Assembly: GCA_947447665.1 (NCBI GenBank)
Contig: CANFJX010000009.1
Location: 20,301 to 84,300 of the forward strand
Direction: 5' to 3'
From: Bacteriovoracaceae bacterium
Lineage (GTDB): Bacteria > Bdellovibrionota > UBA1018
DNA: 64,000 bases
Shown: positions 17,122-25,783 of the stretch, one piece after another
Numbering within the stretch: the first letter of the stretch is position 1
Layout of the letters: every line of letters begins with the position of its first letter
Notes under the pieces: generated by a model
What the model saw: only the letters and a program-made list of their open reading frames with translations
Databases searched by the model: none
Told to the model about the DNA's origin: nothing
Program-made: the position numbers and the translations under genes

Positions 17122-19071
17122 ATGCGGTCGCGTTGTAAGATTCTCATTTTAGCAGAGCCAGTCAGTGCCGAGGTAATTAGCCAGAGGCTCAAGGCCTTGG
17201 GTTATGAAACTGTTTTACAGTCGGCCGTCGGACTTTCTCGTCTTCCCCCGGTAGGGGACCCAGAAAGTTTAAGAACGTTGAAGGACGCCTTCATTCAGTT
17301 TGCTTCGCAAATCGCTTCTCAGCCCGGCAGTATTGGGATGGTTCATCCAGGAGTATCTGCATGGGCCGAGCGTCCAGAGCTCATTCCGCTTGCTAGGCGC
17401 CTTGACTTGCGGGTGATTGGACCGCCTGCGCGAATTCAATATCTATTTGGAAATCAACTTCACCTCTTAGTGGAGGCTGAGAAATTGGGAGTGCCCAATC
17501 TGATTCAGACTTCAGACCCCATGTACACCGTGCGCGAGCTCGAGGAGTTTTTGACTCAAAGTGGTCAGAAGTTTCCATTTGTTCTCCGCGCTGCGCGAGG
17601 CGGAGGGAGTTTGAGCAGTATCTTGGTCCGGGATGAAACCTTTCTCCAAGCTCAGTTACCGATTTGGTTTGATCAGCTTCGCCGTAGTCTCGGCGAGGTT
17701 ATTTTTATTTTAGAGAAGTACGTCGAGGGAGCTCGCCAAGTTTTGGTCCCCTTTGTTCGTTTTCGGAATGGCAGAATTCAGCTTTTCCCCGCTTCGGATG
17801 TCTCCCTTCAGAGCCGCCACCGAAAACTGATCGAGTTTTGTCCTGCTCATTCGATCGAACCCGAAGCGCAGACTCTCTTAAGGAAGTGGACCGCTCATCT
17901 GATTGAGAGTTTTGATTACGTTGGGCTGGGTCATTTTGAATTTTTAGTGGATGTGTCTCGAGTTTTTCTTAAGTCAGGTGCGGCCCGCCTCAATACGGGC
18001 TTTCATCTTTGGGAGGAAATCGCTGGAACCAATGCTCTCGCTTGGCAAATGGCGGCGGCAGACCTTCAGGCCATTCATCCAGAAGCTCCTCCGGAAATCG
18101 CTTCACGAGATCGTTCGAGGCAGGGCTTGATGGTGAAGATTCTTTGTGAAGATTCTCCACTTCTTTTGCCTCGCCCTGGGACAATATTCGAAAGCTCATC
18201 CCCAGTTCAGAGCGCTCAGGACGCCACAGCACTTCAGTTTTTTCAAAATTATAAAACGGGAGAAAAAGTAGATCCCCAGGACTCCGGATCTCTTGCTCAT
18301 CTTTTTGCGTTTGCCGAGAGTTTTGAGCAGGTGATTAGCCTAGGGCAAAGCGCTCTGGAGAAACTTTGGTTTGCTGGGTCGCTCAATACGAATGAGAAAT
18401 TTATTTCAGAACTCATGAGTCATCCTTGGGTGCAGGAGGGGATTTTTCATTCCGAATTTGTGGACGATGAGTTCTTACCCGCCTGCCACCCTCCCCAAGG
18501 CCTTGCGCCGGTTTTAACTCAGGCATTCTTAGATCATCCATTTTGGCGCACAGAGACTCAGGCGTCTGTTTGGTTTGTTAATGACCGCAGAGTAGTTTTG
18601 GATGCTGAAAGGTCCTCCTCTTGGCGATGGGTGAAATCGCCCTTGTTCTGGTTTGATCAGGCATTTCCGGGGGTTTCTGGGGAGATTGAGTACTCGGGTT
18701 TGATTTATCGTATTTGTGTCTATCCAACGGCTCAAGCTAGATGGAATGTCCGAGTGGGGCAGTGGTTTTTTTCCCTGAAGAGTACACGGGCGGCTTCGTC
18801 TTTGTCGACGGCTCCGTTGGGGCCCGGTGCGCGCCAGGAAAGAAGAGTTGCAAAACTTCTGGCTTTGATTTCTGGACGAGTAGAAGCCCTTTTGTTTCGC
18901 GAAGGGGCAGTGATCAGTGCCCATGAACCCGCTTTGATGTTGGAGTCTTTGGGGGTTTTTGTTCCGCATGCCCTACCTGTGAATATTCGGGTGACTCGAT
19001 GGAGCGTGGGTGCTAATGATCGAGTGATTACCGGTCAGATCCTTGCAGAAATCGAAATTTTGACTCCTTAA
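17122..19071 (+). CDS. Biotin carboxylase (ATP-grasp) plus BCCP-like fusion with degenerate active-site and biotinylation motifs
   Basis: It is collinear by eye with AccC/PccA: KILILAEP.., MVHPGVSAWAE, EKYVEGARQV, LQSRHRKLIEFCP, GHFEFLVD. The C-terminal lipoyl/biotinyl-like fold is ALISGRVEALLFREGAVISAHEPALMLESLGV...GQILAEIEIL. The Gly-rich loop, the ExNxRxQVEH block and the MKM site are all substituted. Confidence 0.6.
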   Translation: MRSRCKILILAEPVSAEVISQRLKALGYETVLQSAVGLSRLPPVGDPESLRTLKDAFIQFASQIASQPGSIGMVHPGVSAWAERPELIPLARRLDLRVIGPPARIQYLFGNQLHLLVEAEKLGVPNLIQTSDPMYTVRELEEFLTQSGQKFPFVLRAARGGGSLSSILVRDETFLQAQLPIWFDQLRRSLGEVIFILEKYVEGARQVLVPFVRFRNGRIQLFPASDVSLQSRHRKLIEFCPAHSIEPEAQTLLRKWTAHLIESFDYVGLGHFEFLVDVSRVFLKSGAARLNTGFHLWEEIAGTNALAWQMAAADLQAIHPEAPPEIASRDRSRQGLMVKILCEDSPLLLPRPGTIFESSSPVQSAQDATALQFFQNYKTGEKVDPQDSGSLAHLFAFAESFEQVISLGQSALEKLWFAGSLNTNEKFISELMSHPWVQEGIFHSEFVDDEFLPACHPPQGLAPVLTQAFLDHPFWRTETQASVWFVNDRRVVLDAERSSSWRWVKSPLFWFDQAFPGVSGEIEYSGLIYRICVYPTAQARWNVRVGQWFFSLKSTRAASSLSTAPLGPGARQERRVAKLLALISGRVEALLFREGAVISAHEPALMLESLGVFVPHALPVNIRVTRWSVGANDRVITGQILAEIEILTP

Positions 19072-19085
19072 GAGTGGAGGTTTTT

Positions 19086-19394
19086 ATGCCAAGTTATCAG
19101 CGTCAGGTTGAAGTTCCCGGTCGTACATCCCAGGAGCTTTATGATCTCATCGCTCAGGATATTGAAAATTTTCTCTCTCAATCCCCGATTGGAAAATTTG
19201 ATGTGGAGAGAGATCCGGGCCGAAAGGAAGTGCGAATTCGCGGAGCTATTTTTTCCGCGACCTTAGTGTGCCAAGATTCTCGGATGGAGCTGAATGCAAA
19301 GTTGAGTCTTCTTGCGATGCCGTTTCGCTCGCAGCTGGATGAAGGAATTAATCGCTGGCTGTCTAAGACTTTCAATTTGACGAACTTCACCTGA
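19086..19394 (+). CDS. Small conserved hypothetical protein (weak resemblance to polyhydroxyalkanoic-acid-system family proteins)
   Basis: ATG at 19086 with a GGAGG RBS 6 nt upstream. It is tightly packed between the BC-like gene (stop at 19071) and murJ (start at 19413). The family call is a weak by-eye impression. Confidence 0.5.
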   Translation: MPSYQRQVEVPGRTSQELYDLIAQDIENFLSQSPIGKFDVERDPGRKEVRIRGAIFSATLVCQDSRMELNAKLSLLAMPFRSQLDEGINRWLSKTFNLTNFT

Positions 19395-19412
19395 TCGAGC
19401 ACTCTGGGGAGT

Positions 19413-21122
19413 ATGGGGGCTCATGATAGAAATCAGTCCGAATCAGGCCAGGGGCAGGCTTCGTCGGGAGTATTGAAGGCAGCCGGCGCTATGGGGGCTG
19501 CTACCTTTCTAAGTCGGATCATGGGGCTGATTCGAGAACAGGTTTTTGCTTATCTTTTTGGTGCCGGAAATATGACCGACGCCTATCAGGTCGCTTTTAG
19601 AATTCCTAATTTATTACGGGATCTTTTTGCAGAAGGTGCGATGAGCGCCTCTCTGGTGCCGACTTTTACCCGAGCGAGGCATGAAGAGGGAGAGCTCAGG
19701 GCTTGGAGAGTGGCGGGGCTCGTGTTTCGTGTTCTTTTTTGTTTTGTCGGGCTTCTCTCTGTCGTGGGTATTTTCTTTGCGCCGGAGTTGGTCAATCTCT
19801 ATGCTTCTGCATTTCATTCGGTTCCAGGTAAGTTCGAGCTCACGGCTCGAATGACGAGAGAAATGTTTCCATTTTTTCCCCTGGTCGCGCTCGCAGCCGC
19901 TTTTATGGGGATTCTCAATGCTTGCGGAGTCTTCTTTTTGCCGGCTTTTGCATCCGCCCTCTTCAATTTGGCTTCGGTGGGGATCGGAGTAGTTCTGGCC
20001 CGTGTTTTTTCGATTTGGGGAAGTCGTTGGGGAGTTCATCCGATCGAAGGGATGGCTCTTGGAGTGGTAGTGGGAGGTGCGGTTCAGGCCTTTTGTCAGT
20101 TGCCGAGTCTCTACCGCCGGGGCTATCGTTGGGTCTCTAAACGTCAAGAAGATCCCATTTGGTACCGAGACGATCGATTGAGAAAAATGCTTTGGATGAT
20201 GGTGCCAGGGACGATTGGCCTAGCTGCTACTCAGGTTAATCTTCTTGTGAACACAGTGCTCGCTACATCTCAGGGACCAGGAGCCGTATCCTGGCTCAAT
20301 TATGCTTTTAGACTTATGCAGTTTCCGATCGGCATTTTTGGGGTTTCGCTGGCTTCCGCGACTTTGCCGAAAATCTCCGAGCAGTGGGTGAGGAGGGATT
20401 ATTCGTCCGTGAACGAGACGCTCACGCGGAGTCTCAGAATGGTCTTTGCTGTCAACCTTCCTGCTTCTGCTGGTTTGGCGTTTTTGGGATTTCCCATCAT
20501 TGAGCTGATCTTTCAGTATGGACGATTTCAGGCCTCCGACGCTCAGGCCACGGCTTGGGCATTGGCGATGTACGCTGTCGGTCTGGCTGCTTATTCTGCA
20601 GTGAAGGTCTTGGTTCCTGCTTGTTACGCATTGGGAAACACTCGAATTCCTGTGATTTCGAGTGTTTTGTCGGTCGGGTTGACAATCCTCCTGAACGTTC
20701 TGATGGTCAAGCCCCTGGGATACTGGGGTTTAGCGCTTGGGACCTCGATTGCGGCAATTTTTAACTCCGTTTTTCTGCTTGTCGCCCTTTCTCGAATTCT
20801 TCTAGAACGGGGGGAGAAGGTTCAATTTAAGGTAATTTTGTCCGGTTTAATGAGTTACTCGCTCTTGGCCGTCACGATGGGAATTTTATGTTATTACTCG
20901 CATTCCGGGTTGCGCATCCTTATTTCGGATGCTGCATGGATCGATGGGCTCGGAAAGTCAGGTTTGTGGGTGGCTCGAATGTTTCGAGTTGGGGTGTTGC
21001 TAGTGGAAGGGGTTGCCTGGGTGATGTTCTGGAGTTATTTCTTCAAACTTGAAGAATTCCAAATCGCTTTCGATCTTTTTACCAAAAAATTCAAAAATAA
21101 GCTGAGTCGGAAACAAACCTGA
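19413..21122 (+). CDS. murJ: Lipid II flippase MurJ (MviN)
   Basis: 569-aa polytopic membrane protein. The N-terminal signature TFLSRIMGLIREQVFAYLFGAGNMTDAYQVAFRIPNLLRDLFAEGAMSASLVP is typical of MurJ. Confidence 0.85.
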   Translation: MGAHDRNQSESGQGQASSGVLKAAGAMGAATFLSRIMGLIREQVFAYLFGAGNMTDAYQVAFRIPNLLRDLFAEGAMSASLVPTFTRARHEEGELRAWRVAGLVFRVLFCFVGLLSVVGIFFAPELVNLYASAFHSVPGKFELTARMTREMFPFFPLVALAAAFMGILNACGVFFLPAFASALFNLASVGIGVVLARVFSIWGSRWGVHPIEGMALGVVVGGAVQAFCQLPSLYRRGYRWVSKRQEDPIWYRDDRLRKMLWMMVPGTIGLAATQVNLLVNTVLATSQGPGAVSWLNYAFRLMQFPIGIFGVSLASATLPKISEQWVRRDYSSVNETLTRSLRMVFAVNLPASAGLAFLGFPIIELIFQYGRFQASDAQATAWALAMYAVGLAAYSAVKVLVPACYALGNTRIPVISSVLSVGLTILLNVLMVKPLGYWGLALGTSIAAIFNSVFLLVALSRILLERGEKVQFKVILSGLMSYSLLAVTMGILCYYSHSGLRILISDAAWIDGLGKSGLWVARMFRVGVLLVEGVAWVMFWSYFFKLEEFQIAFDLFTKKFKNKLSRKQT

Positions 21123-21206
21123 GCTAAGGTGGGAAGTAAGCATTCCATGAGAGTGCCGGTTTGTACCGACGCGGTCAGATCTATTTTTGTGAGACGAGGG
21201 GATTCG

Positions 21207-21653
21207 ATGGCTACTCAGAAAGAAACAGTTCGATTGTTGTGTAGGAGCATTATCACTCGATTGGAAAATAAAAAGTCGATCAGTTTTCCCGCTAGACTGA
21301 GGCAAGTGGTTCAAGATGAGGTTTTTGGACTGGTGGGGCCCTTTATCTTGACTGACGAGGACCTCAAGGATCGGACCTTAGCCAAGGTGGGGGCTAAAGC
21401 AGAAATGCTGCAGGATTCGGCTTTTACTGATAGTGAACAGTTTCGAGCTGCTAAGGCGGTAGTGAGAAGTAGCTTTGGGCATGATGTTCTGAATGGATTT
21501 TATTTCCAGAAGTCGCCCAAAGTCGTAGCTCAGACGATTGTTCAATATCTAATGCGATCCTCCCATATTGATGATGTCTATGAAACGGATGAGGACTTGG
21601 AGCATCAGATCGTGGAGACGGTTCAGCACTTCAATCCTGCAGAGCTGCATTAA
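21207..21653 (+). CDS. DUF507-like hypothetical protein
   Basis: I trimmed it to the ATG at 21207, which has a GAGGGGA RBS. The soluble acidic protein resembles DUF507 family members by eye. Low certainty. Confidence 0.45.
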   Translation: MATQKETVRLLCRSIITRLENKKSISFPARLRQVVQDEVFGLVGPFILTDEDLKDRTLAKVGAKAEMLQDSAFTDSEQFRAAKAVVRSSFGHDVLNGFYFQKSPKVVAQTIVQYLMRSSHIDDVYETDEDLEHQIVETVQHFNPAELH

Positions 21654-21781
21654 GATTCTCGGAAAGCGTCGAAGTTTTTTACGGTGTTTAAAAGTTAGAT
21701 AAAAAAACACCAAAACATGAAAAACGAAAATTATAAGCTCCTGTAATTATTGAGAATAATTGTTAAGAAAAAGTAAATGCT

Positions 21782-21797
21782 TGGCTTCCTGTTTGCA
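21782..21797 (+). promoter_or_regulatory. Sigma54-like -24/-12 element TGGCTTCCTGTTTGCA
   Basis: The GG and GC dinucleotides have the canonical spacing of TGGCAC-N5-TTGCA. However, it lies only about 18 nt upstream of the ATG at 21815, which would leave almost no leader or RBS. Confidence 0.2.
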
Positions 21798-21814
21798 TCA
21801 CTAGGTAGGTGCAT

Positions 21815-22717
21815 ATGCTCAGGCAGTACTTTTTTTTACCTCTCTTTTTTTCTTTTCTAGTCGGGTTGAGGTGGTTTTCGGCGTTGGAGGCAGTTGATGT
21901 CTCGAAGTCCGACCCCTCTGTTTCGGCTCAGGCCAGCGTCTCTCAACAATTGCTTCGCCAAGAGTTGATTGAAGACTTGGATCGCCTAGCGTCTTATGAG
22001 CATTACTATCATTCTCTCACCGGTCGCTTTACGCTAGTTCTGAATCGAATTGGATTCCAATTCTCCAGTCGTATTCGCGCAGAATATGACATTCGGATTG
22101 TGGTTGCCTCGGCTGATTTTTTTCTCCTAAATGCGATTTCAGAAAAAGACGGTAAAATTTTTGACGTCGTTTCTGTCGATCAGGATTTTCAGGTGCACTC
22201 CAAATTTGCCCTCCCCAGTCCGAGGCGAGAATACCTGAGGGCGCAGGCATTTAAGCATCTTCGATTACTTCGCGAAGCACCCCAGGGCGTGTCGATTCCA
22301 GAGACAGGTATTTATCGTGGATATTTTGAGTATAGCCTGAGGTCCTCATCTTCCCAGGAACTCCATGCTTTTGCTCTCGGGGTTAAATCGCCCGTTGATG
22401 GAGATTTGATTGAACTCAGTGCGTCGAGTGATGAAGGCCTAACATTGGAGCTTGAGTCGATTCTGGCAGGTGATCCGGTTGAGCGCTCCTTAGCCCGAGT
22501 AGAGGGAGCGGAGGAGGGTCTCTCAGTAGGACAGGAGGCACTCGCGCAGACTATTTTTTTGGGCGAGATGGGACGTTATCCCAAGGACCTCCAAGAGCTT
22601 TCTAAGATCACCCGATTTCAACTTCGTTCGGAGGCAGATTCTCGCTCAGGTGATTTAATCCAAGGCGAATCAAAAAGTCCTAACCCAGGGCGCCTGGTAA
22701 TTGAGCCCATAGAGTAA
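21815..22717 (+). CDS. Hypothetical membrane-anchored or secreted protein
   Basis: N-terminal hydrophobic segment FFLPLFFSFLVGLRWFSALEA. I recognise no family. A GTG start at 21809 is also possible. Confidence 0.5.
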   Translation: MLRQYFFLPLFFSFLVGLRWFSALEAVDVSKSDPSVSAQASVSQQLLRQELIEDLDRLASYEHYYHSLTGRFTLVLNRIGFQFSSRIRAEYDIRIVVASADFFLLNAISEKDGKIFDVVSVDQDFQVHSKFALPSPRREYLRAQAFKHLRLLREAPQGVSIPETGIYRGYFEYSLRSSSSQELHAFALGVKSPVDGDLIELSASSDEGLTLELESILAGDPVERSLARVEGAEEGLSVGQEALAQTIFLGEMGRYPKDLQELSKITRFQLRSEADSRSGDLIQGESKSPNPGRLVIEPIE

Positions 22718-22746
22718 AGAAGGGCTAGCTTACGCTTGAGTGCTAA

Positions 22747-22776
22747 TTGACAATTTTGTAGTGGGTCGGCTAAACT
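22747..22776 (+). promoter_or_regulatory. Candidate sigma70 promoter (TTGACA-N18-TAAACT) upstream of mltD
   Basis: Hexamers read directly: TTGACA at 22747-22752 and TAAACT at 22771-22776. Confidence 0.3.
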
Positions 22777-22873
22777 TAAGGTCCATGGATAGATTGCGCC
22801 TGGGAGTTTGTAAGTAGGCCGTACTTAAGCCGAGGGCACAATTAGGAAATTAAAATGGTGGGGCAGTAAAAAA

Positions 22874-24514
22874 ATGGATTTTGAAATGAATATTAGATTA
22901 AAGAGCGGAAAAACCGCTAGCCCCGCTGTGATTTTACCCCTTCTGGGGCTTGCTTTGATGACGGGCTGTGCTCACGTGCGCCTCCCGGAGTCAGAGTCTG
23001 AGCCGAGAACGGTGAGTGAGGTCCTCAAAAGAGACGCTAAGCAGACTCAAATTACGCCAAGTCATGACTCAGAAGGTCAAGTGATGATTGTGCGGGGAGT
23101 TAAGCTCAAAAACACCCATTTTGACTATCCGGTAACGATCAATTCTCATGTCGAGCATTGGATTGATTATTTCTGCGGAAGAGGTCGATCCTATTTTCAA
23201 AAATACCTGACTCGATCAGAGTATTTTATTCCTTATATTGTCCCCATATTGAAGCAAAATGGGGTTCCTGAGGATCTAGTTTATCTAGCAATGATTGAAA
23301 GTGGGTTTAATAATTTAGCTCGCTCACGGGCTCGCGCAGTCGGACCCTGGCAGTTTATTTCAGCCACGGGGAAGCGCTATGGTTTGAGTGTTAATTGGTG
23401 GACTGATGAGCGACGCGATATTGGAAAGTCTACATCAGCAGCTGTGGGATATCTCAAGGATCTCTATACCATGTTTCAGAGTTGGGAGTTGGCTGCAGCT
23501 GCCTATAACTCAGGCGAAGCTAAGATTGCCCGGGCAATTCAGCGCTTTGGAACCAAGGACTTTTGGGTCATCTCTCAACATCGCTTTCTGAGACCTGAGA
23601 CGAGAGATTATGTTCCTAAGATTATGGCGGCTGCGATTATTTCTAAGAATCGGACCCAGTTTGGTTTTGAAGAGGAGCGGGCAGCTCCTGGTGCGGACGA
23701 AGCGGTCGCAGGGGACGGGGAAATCGTCAAGCTGATCAAGACAGAGCAGCCTGTTGCAGACTCTGAGTACCGTGCCCAAAGAGAGGCTGATGTAAAAGCT
23801 CTGGCCGACCCAGAGGATGATTTTGATAACGATGAGGAAAATAGCGTGAGTGACGTAAGTCCAGCGACGCTGACTCTTCCCGCGGAGGGTGTGCTCCCGA
23901 GTGGACAAGTAGCTAGCTCAGAAGGAGCAGGCTCTCCTGTCGTGGCAAGTCGTCCAGCCCCCAAGGCGAGACCCATTCAAACTCCCCATGTGACTAAAAA
24001 AGGTGAGGTCGGGGGTGAAGAGTTGGCTGATTTTGAAGTGCAAAGTCCAGCCGACCTTCTTAAGGTGGCTCGCGCAGCAGGACTTTCTTATCAAACCGTG
24101 AAGAGTCTTAATCCAGAGATTTTGCGTTGGTGTACTCCTCCGACAGTCGCAAACTACCGGATTAAGCTCCCTGCTTTTGTGAAGGAGCGGTTCCTGGTGA
24201 CCTACAATCATGATGCGTTTCCGAGACAAGTTCAGTTTATGACTTATAAGGTCCGCCGCGGAGAGACCCTGAGCCGAATTGCTCAGCACTTTGGAATCAA
24301 GGTGGATCCGATGAGCGATTTGAACCGAGTATCCCCTCGAATGCCGCTGCGGAATGGGGTCAAGGTTCTTCTTCCGATGCCCAATGACCGATCTAGAACC
24401 TTTGCCTCTCTGGAGGTCCGAGATCCACCTGAAAAACGTCGGCGTCGTCATCATCGGAGGCATCGTCGGACCTCCCGGATGACGGTTGGGTCTCCTGACA
24501 CAGAAAATTCCTAA
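22874..24514 (+). CDS. mltD: Membrane-bound lytic murein transglycosylase D-like lipoprotein (SLT domain plus LysM domains)
   Basis: Lipobox-like LALMTGC. SLT catalytic region LAMIESGFN and AAYNSGEAKI. LysM-like YKVRRGETLSRIAQHFGIKV. Acidic linker and an Arg/His-rich tail KRRRRHHRRHRR. Confidence 0.75.
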   Translation: MDFEMNIRLKSGKTASPAVILPLLGLALMTGCAHVRLPESESEPRTVSEVLKRDAKQTQITPSHDSEGQVMIVRGVKLKNTHFDYPVTINSHVEHWIDYFCGRGRSYFQKYLTRSEYFIPYIVPILKQNGVPEDLVYLAMIESGFNNLARSRARAVGPWQFISATGKRYGLSVNWWTDERRDIGKSTSAAVGYLKDLYTMFQSWELAAAAYNSGEAKIARAIQRFGTKDFWVISQHRFLRPETRDYVPKIMAAAIISKNRTQFGFEEERAAPGADEAVAGDGEIVKLIKTEQPVADSEYRAQREADVKALADPEDDFDNDEENSVSDVSPATLTLPAEGVLPSGQVASSEGAGSPVVASRPAPKARPIQTPHVTKKGEVGGEELADFEVQSPADLLKVARAAGLSYQTVKSLNPEILRWCTPPTVANYRIKLPAFVKERFLVTYNHDAFPRQVQFMTYKVRRGETLSRIAQHFGIKVDPMSDLNRVSPRMPLRNGVKVLLPMPNDRSRTFASLEVRDPPEKRRRRHHRRHRRTSRMTVGSPDTENS

Positions 24515-24557
24515 ATCAGCCTTCCCTACTCAGGCTAAAATGTGCGATTAAAGTCAT

Positions 24558-25778
24558 ATGGGCCTCATCGTACAAAAGTTTGGGGGTACCTCGGTCGGTA
24601 CTCCTGAGCGAATTCGTCAAGTGGCGAAGAAGATCGCGAAAAAGTACTCCGAAGGTCATCCCTTAGTCGTGGTTGTTTCCGCGATGGGACATACTACGGA
24701 TGAATTGATCACTCTAGCCCAGCAGGTGTCGGATCAACCTCCTCATCGAGAAATGGACATGCTCCTTTCGGCGGGTGAGAGAATCTCTATGGCTCTTTTG
24801 AGTATGGCTCTGGTTGACTGCCAAATTCCGGCCCTTTCTTTGACAGGATCACAGAGCGGGATCATTACGGATCAAAGTCATCGACGGGCTAGGATCCGAC
24901 GCATTCTTGGAGATCGCATCCGCTCTGCCCTCGCGGAGAAAAAAGTAGTCATCGTCGCAGGTTTTCAGGGTGTGAGTGAGACGAAAGAGATTACCACTCT
25001 CGGGCGGGGAGGGTCAGATACCAGCGCAGTTGCGCTTGCCGTTGCACTCGGTGCTGAGCGATGCGAGATTTTTACGGACGTTCATGGCGTTTACTCAGCA
25101 GATCCTCGCGTCGTTTCCTCTGCCTTTTTGTGGGAGAAGCTACCTCATGATTTAATGGTGGAACTTGCCACTCGTGGCGCAGGGGTTTTGCATCCGAGAT
25201 GCGTCGAGCTAGCTAAACAAAATCAAATGCAGCTCATCGTGAAAAATAGTTTAGATCCAAATGAAAGCATGGGTACGATCTTGATACAGCGTCAGGCAGG
25301 TAATTCAAGTTTAGGGATGGAAGAGTTCCGAGTCGTGGGCGTGACATCGGACAAAGAAAAAGTTTTAATTCGTTTACGCCTGACTCGCCCGACAGTGCTC
25401 GGGGCGGTGTGGGAGCGATCAGCTCAGGCTCACCTGAGTTTGATTTCCCCGGTGTTTTCAGGCCAGGATGTTTCATTTTACTCTGAGCGAGATGGGGATT
25501 CGGAGTGGAAGAAAATTTTTGATGAGCTCTCGTCCCAGGGGTTTGTTGAGTCGTACGAGATGGTGTCTGAAATTGTACCGGTTTCGGTCGTCGGAGATCG
25601 GTTCTCACAGGATGGATCCGCTCTCTCCGAGGTAATCGACGTGTTGAGTCAGTCGCATATTTCAGTCGTTTCTGGCTCTGCCTCCTCATTGGCTATCACC
25701 CTGGGGGTATTAATTCACCAAGTGGATGATGCAGTCCGTGCACTCCATGCCGCATTTTTGGAAAGTAAGAAGGTCTGA
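24558..25778 (+). CDS. lysC: Aspartate kinase
   Basis: N-terminal LIVQKFGGTSVG. The kinase core is VVVVSAMGHTTDEL and TTLGRGGSDTSAVALA, with C-terminal ACT-like repeats. Confidence 0.85.
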   Translation: MGLIVQKFGGTSVGTPERIRQVAKKIAKKYSEGHPLVVVVSAMGHTTDELITLAQQVSDQPPHREMDMLLSAGERISMALLSMALVDCQIPALSLTGSQSGIITDQSHRRARIRRILGDRIRSALAEKKVVIVAGFQGVSETKEITTLGRGGSDTSAVALAVALGAERCEIFTDVHGVYSADPRVVSSAFLWEKLPHDLMVELATRGAGVLHPRCVELAKQNQMQLIVKNSLDPNESMGTILIQRQAGNSSLGMEEFRVVGVTSDKEKVLIRLRLTRPTVLGAVWERSAQAHLSLISPVFSGQDVSFYSERDGDSEWKKIFDELSSQGFVESYEMVSEIVPVSVVGDRFSQDGSALSEVIDVLSQSHISVVSGSASSLAITLGVLIHQVDDAVRALHAAFLESKKV

Positions 25779-25783
25779 ACACC

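Noticed and set aside
19523-19535. tmRNA 5'-end-like GGGGCTGATTCGA
   Set aside because: It is inside murJ (it codes MGLIRE), with no tRNA-like 3' partner or tag ORF.
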